DNA of 64,000 nucleotides from Cycas panzhihuaensis (Eukaryota; Plantae; Cycadophyta): NCBI GenBank assembly GCA_023213395.1, contig CM041465.1, positions 177,203,741 to 177,267,740 of the forward strand, read 5' to 3'. Shown piece by piece: positions 13,350 to 24,689 of this stretch (position 1 is its first letter; each line of letters starts with the position of its first letter). The notes under the pieces were generated by a model. It saw only the letters and a program-made list of their open reading frames with translations, ran no database searches and was not told where the DNA came from. The position numbers and the translations under genes were made by a program.

Positions 13350-14844
13350 TTTAGCAAAGAAACTTTAGTACATAAAAAGTATGTTTTTATCAAATCAAAT
13401 AAAGTCAATAAGTGACTAAACTTATATGATGTCAAATATCCTTTTTGAAATAAATATAATGCCCTTCAAAAATAAATGGACTAAATGTAATAAGGAAATA
13501 ATGAATATAGAAACAACTTTGAAATCATATACCAATATTCTTTTAACGATACAAATATGAATGTAAATTCTCAATGCAATAAATCCTTAGCCTTGATAAT
13601 AATATATAATGCTAAAACAACTGAAATATATGTATATTTTACTTTGAAAGATAAGGAGTATGAAGAAATATTTTTTAAAAGAAGGGTTAGAGCATAACCT
13701 TAAGTTTGATAGCTTTAAAAATATACTAAATGATATCAGAATGATATAAAACTTTATGAATATGAAGATAAACAAAATATGAATCCAATGGAGCTAACCG
13801 TTTTGAAAACGGGTTCCTATAAGTTAAGTTTTGATGATCTAAAGGAAACAGGCCTTGTTTCAAGGCCTAACAGGTGCCAGGGCTCAAAATCGTATAAAAG
13901 TGTTAATAAAACATTATAAAATGCTGAGAAATGATTCAATATTATTTATAAGACTGCTCAATATACTTTCAACTAAATTTTTTTTAGAAATATATATAAA
14001 AATATGTAAAAAATGGCAGGTTTAAATTAATAAAGTACCTCTAGTTTGAGCGATTTGAAAATCAGTAAAAATGCATTAAAATATATAAAAAACTATATTA
14101 GATCAAAGATAATTGAGTCAGATTCCCAACAAAATTAATGAAACTAAATTTGAATGTCAAATAAAAAAGTTATTGTAGAAATAGTAACTGGTACCTTTAT
14201 GGTAAAATATTAAGAAAACTGCTAAAAACTGCTAAAATGACACATTCAGCGATTAAAATAATGGTCAAAATGAATTCTAAAAAATAAAATAAAAGGTGGG
14301 TAATAAATTTGTTGAATGTATATCACTTTAGAAAAAATCTAGGCAGAAAATAGTTTTCCGGTAATAAAATACAATCAGTTCAAAAAGCGATTTTGTAAAA
14401 AATTGAAAAAAGACTAAAAAAATAGTTGATTAACTTTAAATCGACTGAAACCAGGTCAAATCAGCACCAAATTGGTCATATGACTAGTCAAAATTGATCT
14501 ATAGAAAAAATATGATCCAATGAAGCTAGTTTTGTCTAAAAACGATGAGCCAATGAGGAGTTATGGCAAAAAAAATGCTAATAACCTTGTGTAAAAATGA
14601 AAAAAGAAAAAAAAAATTATAAAAAAATGAAATAACCCCTTTTGAGACCAGATAAGGGTCATGTGGAGGTTAAATAGGACCGGTGGCTAAAATAAGAAGG
14701 GGCTTAATCCCTTTAAACCCTGGATTTAAAAATTTATGAAAGAAAATTAAATTTTTAAAAACTATATATAAAAAAAAAAATTTAAATAAAAATTTGAATT
14801 TGGGCAGCTGTAGTCGCCGCACCCTTCGCTGTCATGCAACCGCT

Positions 14845-15606
14845 ATTAAGTCATAGAAAAAGCATGCTGAGAAAGAGCGCAAGAAGCAAGAGGAGCTTCT
14901 TCGTGAACATGATGTGCTAAATAAAATGAAGACACAGGCTAAGAACTCAATTGGCAAGCAAGCTGACATGGTCAGAATCAATGAAGTTGCTATCCATAAC
15001 TTGGAAGCAGAAATTAGGAATTATTGTGATGCTGCAGAGAAGTAGGATAAGATTATACAATAAGTGGAAAGAGAACGCCAGAAATATGCTGTTGAAGCAT
15101 CATAAGTAGGAGTGAAATATATGTAGGCATTAGATGAGGTAAAAGCAAAGGAAATCTCTATAATTGACTTGCAAAAGAAGATTTTAGATGGTGAGAACTG
15201 TCTTAAGCAACAACAAAACCTGTATGAATTTGTTCGCAGTGAGCAGAATATGTACAGCAAGAATCTTGTTGATTCTGAGGATGAAATTAAGGAGTTGAAA
15301 TGATGAATGAAGATCATGAATAATCAAATTAAATAACTAAAAGAGGAAATCAATACAAAAGAGCTAGCACTAATAAAAGAGCACTTTGACTTTACCAAGG
15401 TTGAGAAAGAGAGAGAAGTGTTGAAATAGGATCTAAGTAGGGCACAACAGTAAATAAAAGAAGCTGAGGCTGTTATATCTTCCCATGTATCAAATGTGGA
15501 GAACTTGAATCATATTATTAGTGAAGTAGATGATGAAAGATTCCATCAAAAGAAAGAGCTTGACATTGTCAAAAGTGAAAGAGAAATATTAGCTAAACCA
15601 CTTATG
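14845..15606 (+). pseudogene. CFAP58: Captured fragment of cilia- and flagella-associated protein 58 (CCDC147/FAP58-FAP189 family)
   Basis: One frame with no frameshift: ...EELLREHDVLNK...LKQQQNLYEFVRSEQNMYSKNLVDSEDEIKELK**MKIMNNQI...QKKELDIVKSEREIL. This matches recalled CFAP58 LKQQQNLYEAVRSDRNLYSKNLVEAQDEI and RQKKELDQVISERDIL. Ten stops, each explicable as C>T at Gln/Arg codons. Confidence 0.92.
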
Positions 15607-15810
15607 TGGGAAAGATATATGGGATCATTCATGATAATCTTAAGGACATATCTTCCTTACTTGCCCTTTGTATCCAGGCACCAAGAATAAGCTTGGTCTA
15701 ATGTAATTACAACCTCACAATAAGCTTCAAGCAGTCACTGGCAGAGTATTGTCAAGAGCCTAAGCAATCTTCTCCAAATAATGCATATAAATTATATGCC
15801 ACCTTTTTTG
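15603..15810 (+). pseudogene. Captured fragment of the class XI myosin globular tail
   Basis: YVGKIYGIIHDNLKDISSLLALCIQAPR then, after a frameshift, Q*ASSSHWQSIVKSLSNLLQIMHINYMPPFL. Matches recalled myosin XI YVEKIYGIIRDNLKKE..LL.LCIQAPR...HWQSIVKSL...VPPFL. Confidence 0.92.
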
Positions 15811-15890
15811 CAAGAGTTTCTAGAAGTGCTTTTATGGTAATGTAATGATATATTTGATGATAACCAGATGGTTATCCCAAGAAGATACCC

Positions 15891-15965
15891 TTGGATCTCT
15901 AAAAAAATGTATTTGCAATTATTGCAACAATGTTATGGCTTGGAAATATAAAATTTTCTGTGATG
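15891..15965 (+). pseudogene. Captured short fragment of a myosin motor domain, class VIII-like
   Basis: DL*KNVFAIIATMLWLGNIKFSV versus recalled myosin VIII DQENVFAMLAAVLWLGNISF.V; only ~22 codons. Confidence 0.68.
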
Positions 15966-16054
15966 TTATTTTGTGTTCTATATTTTATTTTATTTTTTAA
16001 TAGGATTGCTTTTCTTCCTTAGTGATAGAATGTCCTCTTGAGATGTTGTTATTA

Positions 16055-16158
16055 GATCTGCAACTTGATGTTAATCACTACTAAGATTTTATGCATCATT
16101 TGACAAGTACATAGAAGTTGAATAGCTTGAGGGAGATAATAAATATCATGCAAAGTAT
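16055..16158 (+). pseudogene. UBP12: Captured exon of ubiquitin-specific protease UBP12/UBP13 (USP7 family)
   Basis: DLQLDV....D/YASFDKYIEVE*LEGDNKYHA (one frameshift) versus recalled DLQLDVKGCKDVYASFDKYVEVERLEGDNKYHA. Preceded by T-rich sequence ending in TTAG. Confidence 0.88.
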
Positions 16159-16913
16159 TAAGAAAAAAAGAGCAAGGGATCCATAAAGAGCTCACAGCAG
16201 ACTCTGCCTTTAGAAATATATCCACGAAAATAGCCAGTTTTGTAAATATATCTAGGAAAATAACCAGATTGCTAAGTGTATCCATGAAAGTGTATCAAAT
16301 ACATGAAATATATATTTATATTTAAAAAATAACTCTCAAAGAACTTGGTAAGCTTATTTGCAATGCTATTTCATAATGCTGAGTAGAATATTAACCCTAA
16401 CTTAGCTCTGAAGGCGCTCAAGTGTAGTAGATTTGTAGCTGAAAAATAGGCTTCAAAAGCTTCCAATAGATAAACCTTCTTCCTCACAAGTCAAATATAG
16501 GCAGATCTGTAGATCTAAAAGGTTGAATATGCAAAAAAAAAATGCAGATCTATAATAAACTTGAAAAAATATCATCAAATATATGATGAAAAAATATAGA
16601 TCTGAAAGAGAATATAACAGATTTAAAAAAAGCTTGAGCAAATATGGCTTGCTGCTGAAATCCTATGTAGATCTGCACAAATCTAAAAATAGATCTGAGA
16701 AATATTTGTTAAACCAAAAATATAACTCAATAATAATCAAAATTTATTGAAATAATATATAAAACTTGCTGAAATTTAAAAAAAAAATAAATATAGCTAA
16801 TATTTCTTACTTGTAAGAAAATCTGCCATAGAATGCCAGTAAATCTTATTGCTCTTCTTAAAAAAATTCACCAATGGAGATGTAATAGCCCAAAATCTTG
16901 CTCTAATACCAAA

Positions 16914-17371
16914 TGATGGAAATAATATGGAGTTAAACTAAGCTCTTATACCAAATGTAGAAAAAATATAGTAGGAGAACAAGGCAGAACGTGTAACTAA
17001 TAATCAAAACTCAATACAAATTATAAATCATTGTAGCATAAACCATGAAAGCATTGTATTCAAGCCATTGTAAGAAGTGAGCATTATAAATTTCCAATAA
17101 GGAGGTAGTGTCTAAAGACACCACGGTTGCACACCCTTTAATATTTATAATTTGGGGGAGGAGGGAAACTCCTCAACCCCTGAATTTAAAATAATAATAA
17201 AATAATGTTCACTTAATTCAAATGAAACTAACTCAACTTAACATAAATCAAAGTTAAACTTACCTTAACTTACCTTAACATGTTGAGCATCACATGTCTA
17301 AATTGAGGTTTATAAGGTGTACAATCCTGGTTAGAAAGGTGGGAGTGGAGTGATGATGATTAACTACAACA
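16914..17371 (-). repeat. 5' LTR of the cargo element, containing a second internal PBS-like motif at 16942-16955
   Basis: Minus strand reads TGTTGTAG...TTCCATCA, followed by PBS TTTGGTATTAGAGC. Confidence 0.8.
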
Positions 17372-17891
17372 ATCTTGAGAATGCTCATATATCATTATAA
17401 GTAATCACTAGAATGATGATTACATCCTAAACACTATGTTTTTAGGGAGTTATCAATAATACTAAGATATTAATATTAATAGATAGCAACATCATGTATA
17501 ATTTCATCAACATGCTAACTATAGCCAAAATAGGCATCCAAATAAAACTATTAAACTAATTTCAAGTGGTAATTACTAATGGGAATAACATATTGTATAA
17601 AGGTCTTTGCGATAAAGTACACCTTCAAATCTTTAACTACTCATTAACTACATGTATGCTTTCCATGTCTATTAAAGAAGTTGATGTGGTGTTAGGCATA
17701 GAATGGCTTTAGAACTTGGAAAATATAGCCACTAATTATAGAATATGATTTATGAGATTCTTCTAGAAGGGGCATAAATACAAGTTGGAAGCCCCATCCA
17801 CACCACCCCTATAGCCAATCTCATCTTACCACATGGAAAATTGCTTAATTAAAAAATCATAGTATATCTCATATTTATTGGCTTTGATCTT

Positions 17892-19352
17892 TGTATCCTT
17901 AAGGAGTTATTTAAAAGGCTATGGTCTGCAGAGTGTTCTAATGAATTAATACAAAGAATATGAAGACAACTACATGATGTTCAACTATAGGATATATCAC
18001 TGCCTTGTAAAATATAATAATGTATATAATATATAATACAAAAATGATTTATAAAAGAGATGTTTATGAACATCTTTAAAATGGAAAAGAAGGTGGTAGA
18101 TAATAATCATCACAGGTTTTCAAAACTAAAAGGAGGTATAATCCATGGAATGTTAGTATAGATAACTTGATTCTCATGAATTAATTCACCAAAATGTTAC
18201 AACTTTTAGATACTAGAAAAATTAAGTTAATCTAACAATTTGTGGCATATATAAACCTTTAAATAATAAAGAGCCTTAATAAAAATTTAAAAATTCACTA
18301 GATAGATCAAGTAGAAATGTATTAAATAATCAATACAAATAGATTTTATAGCAAACAATTCATTTAGGCTTATATGCTACTCTAAATAGTGATCTAGACA
18401 AAATAACTTAATGAATAACAAGGCTTTGTTCTAAAAATCTTCTTATAAATAACAATCTTCCACTAAAAAGAGAGGAGAACATGAAAGAAAAGAAATAAAA
18501 ATGGAATAAAGATTGTGCTAGTAACATAAACAACAATCCCTTGAACTAAAGAAATGAAAAATATAAGTTTGAATCTTTTTCATCTTTGTTCCTATGATTT
18601 ATACACTTCTGCATTGCAATAATCTCAGTTATATCAATATTGACATTTGTAACCATTATGCTAAAGAAAATGATAAACTCTATGTTGGAATTAGTAGTAT
18701 ACAATTGTTCAATCCTCCACTTACATTTCACAAAAAAAATCTCTTGATTTAATGGTGAAAATCATGTGAAAAAATCTAGTTTCTTAAATCTCTGCATCAC
18801 TTGCTTATTCTTCTCTATATTTTACTATGAAAAATGGTTGCAAAAAATAAATTTTTATCATTTTCTATTGAGTTGTCAGTTGTACATCTGAGTATGATTA
18901 GCTGGCACTAGCCTGTCACCTTTGTTAGTGTATTATTTTGTCTTCTACATATTTCACATGGGTAGGATTGAGTGCCATTGTTCTTTGCTGTATTTCATTC
19001 ATATTTTACAAATGTGGGTAGGAGTAGTTCTATATGCCTTTGTTAATTATTACTCGCAAGTTCACACTTATGCATCTAAGTATACTTGGTCAATACCATG
19101 ATTGTGAGATTGCAAAAAACACATGCAAAGGACTATCTTTTTCTCATGATCTTGAAAATGAGTAATCTTCATCTTTTCTACCTTCATCTTTTTGTAGAAC
19201 TGTAAGATATCATCTGCACGAGTAGTCAATCATTTGTTAATCATAAATCTTTGGAAGTTAGAGAATTTTCATCTATGAAAATGTTCTTTTTATCTACTTA
19301 CACTTTTGTACTATGATCATCTATTATGACTTCATAGTATTATTTATTTACA
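17892..19352. other. Unidentified ~1.46 kb insertion in the chromovirus protease-RT spacer (possible solo LTR)
   Basis: Gypsy homology stops ~17890 and is clear again by ~19400-19460. The segment has candidate TG...CA ends flanked by TCTT. Confidence 0.45.
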
Positions 19353-21970
19353 TCTTTTAATTGACAAGCAAAAGGGTAATGATATCCTGCCATAAGATTT
19401 CTACACATGATATTCTACTTAAGGTTCAAGTTATTATAGACTAGCATAATAGGGTCTTATAAGACATTCGAAAAGGGCTAACCGTATCCTATGATAATGA
19501 GTGCATAATAGAACAAGTACTAGGGGCTACACCAATAAACATATAGACTTATAAATACATATACCACTTCAAGAGAGAAATAGAGCAAATCACTAAGGAT
19601 TTATTAGAATAAGGAGTCGTCATGCCTAATCCCAACTCTTTTACTTCCCTAATTATTTTGATTGAAAAAAAAAGATGGATTGTATTAAATATGTATTGAT
19701 TATTGCACTTTCAATGAGTTTATAATAAAAAATAGACATCTAACATCATAGATTAATGATTTGCAAGATGAATTCTATGGTGTTAAGTTCCTCTCGAAGA
19801 TTGATCTTTGCTCCAAGTACTATCAAATCTGTATTAAGGATGAAGGCATGCAAAAGATAACTTTTCAAATACATGAGAGTTTGTCTAAGTTTTAAGGGAT
19901 TCCATTCAAACTAACTAATGCCCTAATATAATTCCAATGCACCATAAACATGGTGATTAAACCATTTATTAGAAAATTTATCTTGGTATTCTTTGATGAT
20001 ATTAGCCACAACAGACTTTAATGAACCATTCATTTTGGAATATGATGATTTGGGAGTGGGATAATGAGTAATTCTCCTCTAGAATAATCAATACATAGCT
20101 TATGAAAGATAGAAACTAATTCAAGAGAATGATTGAAGCATACTGATGATAAGGAATTACTCACAAATCTACATGCTATCCATTAATGATGAAAGTACTT
20201 ATTAGGAAGAAATTCTTAGTCAAAATAGATCATGGCAGCTTTAAGAACTTCTTCAATTAGAAATCTTTATCAAATAAACAACAAAGATGGGTAAAGAAGC
20301 TATAATATTTTTATTTTGATATTATCTAGAAGAAAGTGAAGGAGAATGCAGTTGCAAGTGCATTATCTAGAATTTTAAAATAACTTATGTTCTAAGTAAT
20401 TTTAATGGTTGTATTCAACTAGACACATGAGTTAGCATAATAATATTAGGAAGATCTTGCATCATAATAAATGCTCTAGAAAATACAAGTAGGGAAAAAA
20501 ATAAATTATAAATTATGAAATGATTTGATATTCTATTAAGAGAAGGTATTTATTCTTCATATATTAATATTTAAAGAAAAGTTCCTCCAAAAGCTCAAGT
20601 AACGCCCTCGTTGGGACATATAGGCATTGACAAAATATATACAAATTATGGAATTATATGATATTCTATTAGGGGGAGATTGTTGCCCCTCCTACATTAA
20701 CACTTAAAGAAGTTCCTTTAAGAAGCTCATATGACACCCTTATTGTGACATATAAGCATTGACAAAATGTATCATCAAGTTTGTAATATATTTTCTTGGA
20801 AAGGGTTGAAAGTAGAAATCTATAAGTTCATATCAAAATATGATACTTTCTAAAGGAATAAAAGCAAAAACATCGAAATTATAGGATATTTCAAACTTTA
20901 CATGTCTTATAATAGAAATGGAAAGAAATATCAATGGATTTTATTATAGGTCTATTTAGATCAAAGGTAAACATTTGATATTTATAGTTATAAATTGACT
21001 AACTAAATATACACATTTCAAAGGTATATAATCTATAGTTAAGGCTAGTCAAATTATTAATATATTCCTTAAGGAAATCAATAGATTGCATGATTTTCCT
21101 AAGGTCATAATAAATGATTACAACCTAAAATTCATAAGTAATTTTTAGAAAGAGATGTTGATCTTAGTGGGTACTAAGCTTATGATGAGCATATCCTATC
21201 ATCCATAAATAAATGGATATTTAGAAGGTTATTGTAAAAACTTTCATTTAATAAGTAACAATGTTGGCACAAATAGTTATATTTGGTTGAATAATGGTAT
21301 AACACTATCTATCACACATTAATAATGATAACTCATTTTCATGTACTATATGGTTGTGAGCCCCCATGCCTCCTCATATAGGCTAAGAACTCCTATGTAC
21401 CTACTGTATAGGACCAATAGTAATGATTAGCTTAGTATATTATAAACTCTTAAGGACAATCTCAACTTAGTAAGGAACCACATGAAGTAGTAAGATAATT
21501 TGCACAAAATGAAAATATCATTTAAGAAAAGAGATTAGATATTTTAAAGCTTCAAACTAATAAATAATTTCCCCTAAAATAAATAAGGAAGTATAAATTA
21601 CAACCATGATTTTATAGACCTTATCAGATCCTTAAAAAGGTAGGAGAAGTAGCTTATAAGATCGATATGCCCCCAACAATAAAATGTATAACATATTCTA
21701 TGATTCTTATCTTAAATCAAAGTTGGGATAAACTATGATAACATAGGTAGAATTTTTCCATGTTCAACAAAGAAGAAATATTAATCATAGAATTTGAAGG
21801 AATCCTTTAGATTCAAACTAAATAACTTTACTCTAAAGAGATTTGTGAATATTTGAATAAATGGAAAGACCTTGATGAGGAAGACTTCATGTGGGAATTA
21901 GAAGAATGGTACCAATAATATTTTTATCTCCCCATGCTTTGAGGGCAAATTATATTCTCAAAGGGGGACT

Positions 21971-22425
21971 TATAATATTTCTCCCAAATGTTGGCCAACA
22001 TATTCTCTCTCTTAAGGCCAACCATTCTCTTTTTTTAGGCCAACTTTATCTCTCTCTTTAATCTAATCTCTAATTCTTATCTCTCTTTAAAACCCAACTT
22101 CTTCTATATAGAATTTAGTACTCTTATTTATAGAATGCCTATTCCCTTTATAATTATTATTAAGGAGATTATCTAATATGTTATATTTGGCCCTAACTAG
22201 AGGTTACATTAGACAATGTCTTAGCTTGAAGAGGGAACATTCTATAAATTCTATATTTGTGATAAATTATTTAATATTTATTTTAGCTAATATATATTAT
22301 ATGGTTATTATTTTAGTGTATCATTGATAAGTATTCTATCTTAAGTACTATTATCATATTTGAAATAACATAAATTAATATTTATTTTATTATTTTTTAA
22401 TATGAATTCTATTAGAATTCCTATA
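21971..22425 (+). repeat. 3' LTR of the chromovirus
   Basis: Follows the PPT; homologous to 10436-10823; ends have decayed to TA...TA. Confidence 0.85.
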
Positions 22426-22718
22426 ATGAATGTTGAAAGTGAGAAAAAAAAAAGAGCACCCCCTTTTAACATTCCTAGTATAATATTTGAAACCCTATAT
22501 CAACATTAAGGAATTGGAAAAATAAGATAGGAAAGTAAGGGATGGGAAGCAAAAAGTCTAAGAATAAATAACACCCCTCAATACCTTGACTTAGTCCTTA
22601 TACATAAATATAAGCTAGAGACATCAAGTGCTAGCTAAATATGACACCCTAAAAAAATGCATAAATTGAAAGTATAAGAATTAAAGCATGCACAAGAGTA
22701 ATGTAAAAAAATAGATTT

Positions 22719-23731
22719 GCTCAGATACCATGTGGAAGAATAAAAATGACAGAAAATAATAATGCACAAATGAAAACAAACTAATAGACACTGGGATCAT
22801 AATGATAACCTTAAGGTACCTTAGATTAACACAAAAATACTATTATAACAACATGAAGATATGATACATTAAGTGTGTATTTATAATACACAACTTGATT
22901 ATGTGTGGGACCCATTATTAAAATAGAAATAAACTATAAACTAGATCTATGTTTCAAGCCATATTAATTCAAAAAAATTGAGGTCATTTAGATACATGTA
23001 ATAATAGTTATGCCTTTTTCAATATGGGTTACAATTAGGGTTTTTAAGGATTATAGTAATACCAGTTACTAAAATGTTGATAAATTTTTACTCTAATATC
23101 TAATAGATATAAAACCACTTTAAACATAAAGTAAATATCAAGATACACAACTTAAAAAATAATTTAAGGTCAATTGGATACCTGTAGCCAAAGTTATGGA
23201 TATTTGAAGTTGTATTAGTAGATTTTAGACCCCAAAGGTAATGACTGATAATAGGCTAAAACTAAATTCCCTATAATATTTATACTTTCACTTCAAAACC
23301 TAGTATAACCACTAAAAATATATCAAATTAGGCTAGTTAACTCAAATTTAGGATTATTTTTTTGAAATTATTTCATTTATACTTCCAAAAATGAACTACA
23401 AATGGTACTCAAATATTTTATTCCTCACTCTTAGGGTTAGGGTTTCTATATTAAACCCTATATGAGCTGGCATAATACATTGTAGATAATTGCCAAATAG
23501 GCTTTAAAGAGCCACCTCCACATAACACTAATAAATGACTTACAATGTACCTTGTTTTTATCATGGCTTTGATACTATGTAGAAAAATGAAATTAATAGA
23601 AAATAATAATTTATATATGAAAATAAATAAATAGATACCAAAATCATAATAGTACGCTTAAGGTACCTATAATTAACACTAGAATAATATTATAACAACA
23701 CGATGATATGATACATTAAGTGTGTATTTAT
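22719..23731 (-). repeat. Two direct copies (22719-22885, 23566-23731) of an LTR end plus tRNA-Met PBS
   Basis: GCTCAGATACCA-TGTGG and GCTTTGATACTA-TGTAG, each followed by ~150 bp of shared sequence (CTTAAGGTACCT...GATATGATACATTAAGTGTGTATTTAT). Confidence 0.75.
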
Positions 23732-24689
23732 GTGAGAAACCCACCAAAAAATACCAACATCATAATAATATTAATTTGTATAATTGTGCATTATAACTTT
23801 GCCTTAAGAAGTGTGAACCAAACTTTTCTAACAAGTAAGACATTAAAGAGAAAAAACCCATTTATAAGTAATTTAAAGAAAGACTAGTTGATATATGTGA
23901 ACTGAGTAAGGATGAGTATTTTTCTAAATAACATGAAAAATAATCAAGCACAGAGTCAATGTATTACATAAACTGAAAGGAGATAACAACTATAAATTCA
24001 AATCTTATTATACATTCTTTTATTTCTTTTGGTATTTTTATACTCCCTTTAGAATTTCCACTTTATATAAAATTAGAAAATATTAGATTTCCTACTTGTC
24101 AAGAATTATTAGCTAATATAAAGTCTACACTAATCAAGTCAAACCTCTTTATAGATGAAGTCATGATCCCTCTTAAGATTATAGACCCTTCTTCACTCCA
24201 TATCATGATTTGACCCCTAAGATATAACCAAACAAAAGCATCCTTCTTATCATTATATTATTCCTTTTTCTCTCATTATTTTCTACTCTATTTATCTTCT
24301 AGCTTAGTCAACATACATTCTTCTTGTTATGTTTCATTTTCTTCTTTCTTGTTTTTTTTATCTTCTAATTTGTCTCATAACCCACATTATCATCCTTATC
24401 CTTTATCACACAATTTATTTAAACTTGTGATTATAATATCCCACATTTACTTTTCATTTCCTACACTCAAACCTATACTTATAATATCTTATGCTCACAT
24501 TTCTTTTCCTACAAGCCTTCATTACATGTCCTTATTTAAACTATTAATCCACACAATCTACTTATCATATCATTTCTCTCTAATTTCCTATCCTTCCCTT
24601 ATCAACCTTCCATATATATTACTCCTAAATTTTGTTTATAACCTATATCATTCTTATCTTCTATCACCCATATTTCAATTTTTACTACT

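Larger units (their letters stand above)
12946..17371 (-). mobile_element. Non-autonomous Copia-derived LTR element carrying captured host-gene fragments
   Basis: TSD ATCTT (12941-12945, 17372-17376); removing the element restores the Gypsy frame DIDL|ENAHISL. 5' LTR 16914-17371, PBS 16900-16913, gag start 13349. Only 18 bp of the 3' LTR remain (12946-12963, identical to 16914-16931). Confidence 0.9.
10436..22425 (+). mobile_element. Ty3/Gypsy chromovirus, degenerate, with nested insertions
   Basis: LTRs 10436-10823 and 21971-22425, TSD ATGAC/ATGAA, PPT AAGGGGGACT at 21961. Gag knuckle GICFYYNDKYSHDHKCP ~12765; protease LIDS..NFI ~17480; RT FFDDI ~19990; integrase; chromodomain EYLNKWKDLDEEDFMWE ~21850. 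Confidence 0.92.

Noticed and set aside
15021-15317. 98-aa minus-strand ORF
   Set aside because: Antisense shadow of the CFAP58 frame.
14845-16158. A functional resident host gene or fusion protein
   Set aside because: Multiple stops, frame changes between donors, and enclosure within a TSD-bounded element.
16205-16710. Short degenerate repeats (~30-bp units, recurrent AGATCT) as a CRISPR-like array
   Set aside because: Irregular, degenerate, eukaryotic TE leader context, no cas genes.
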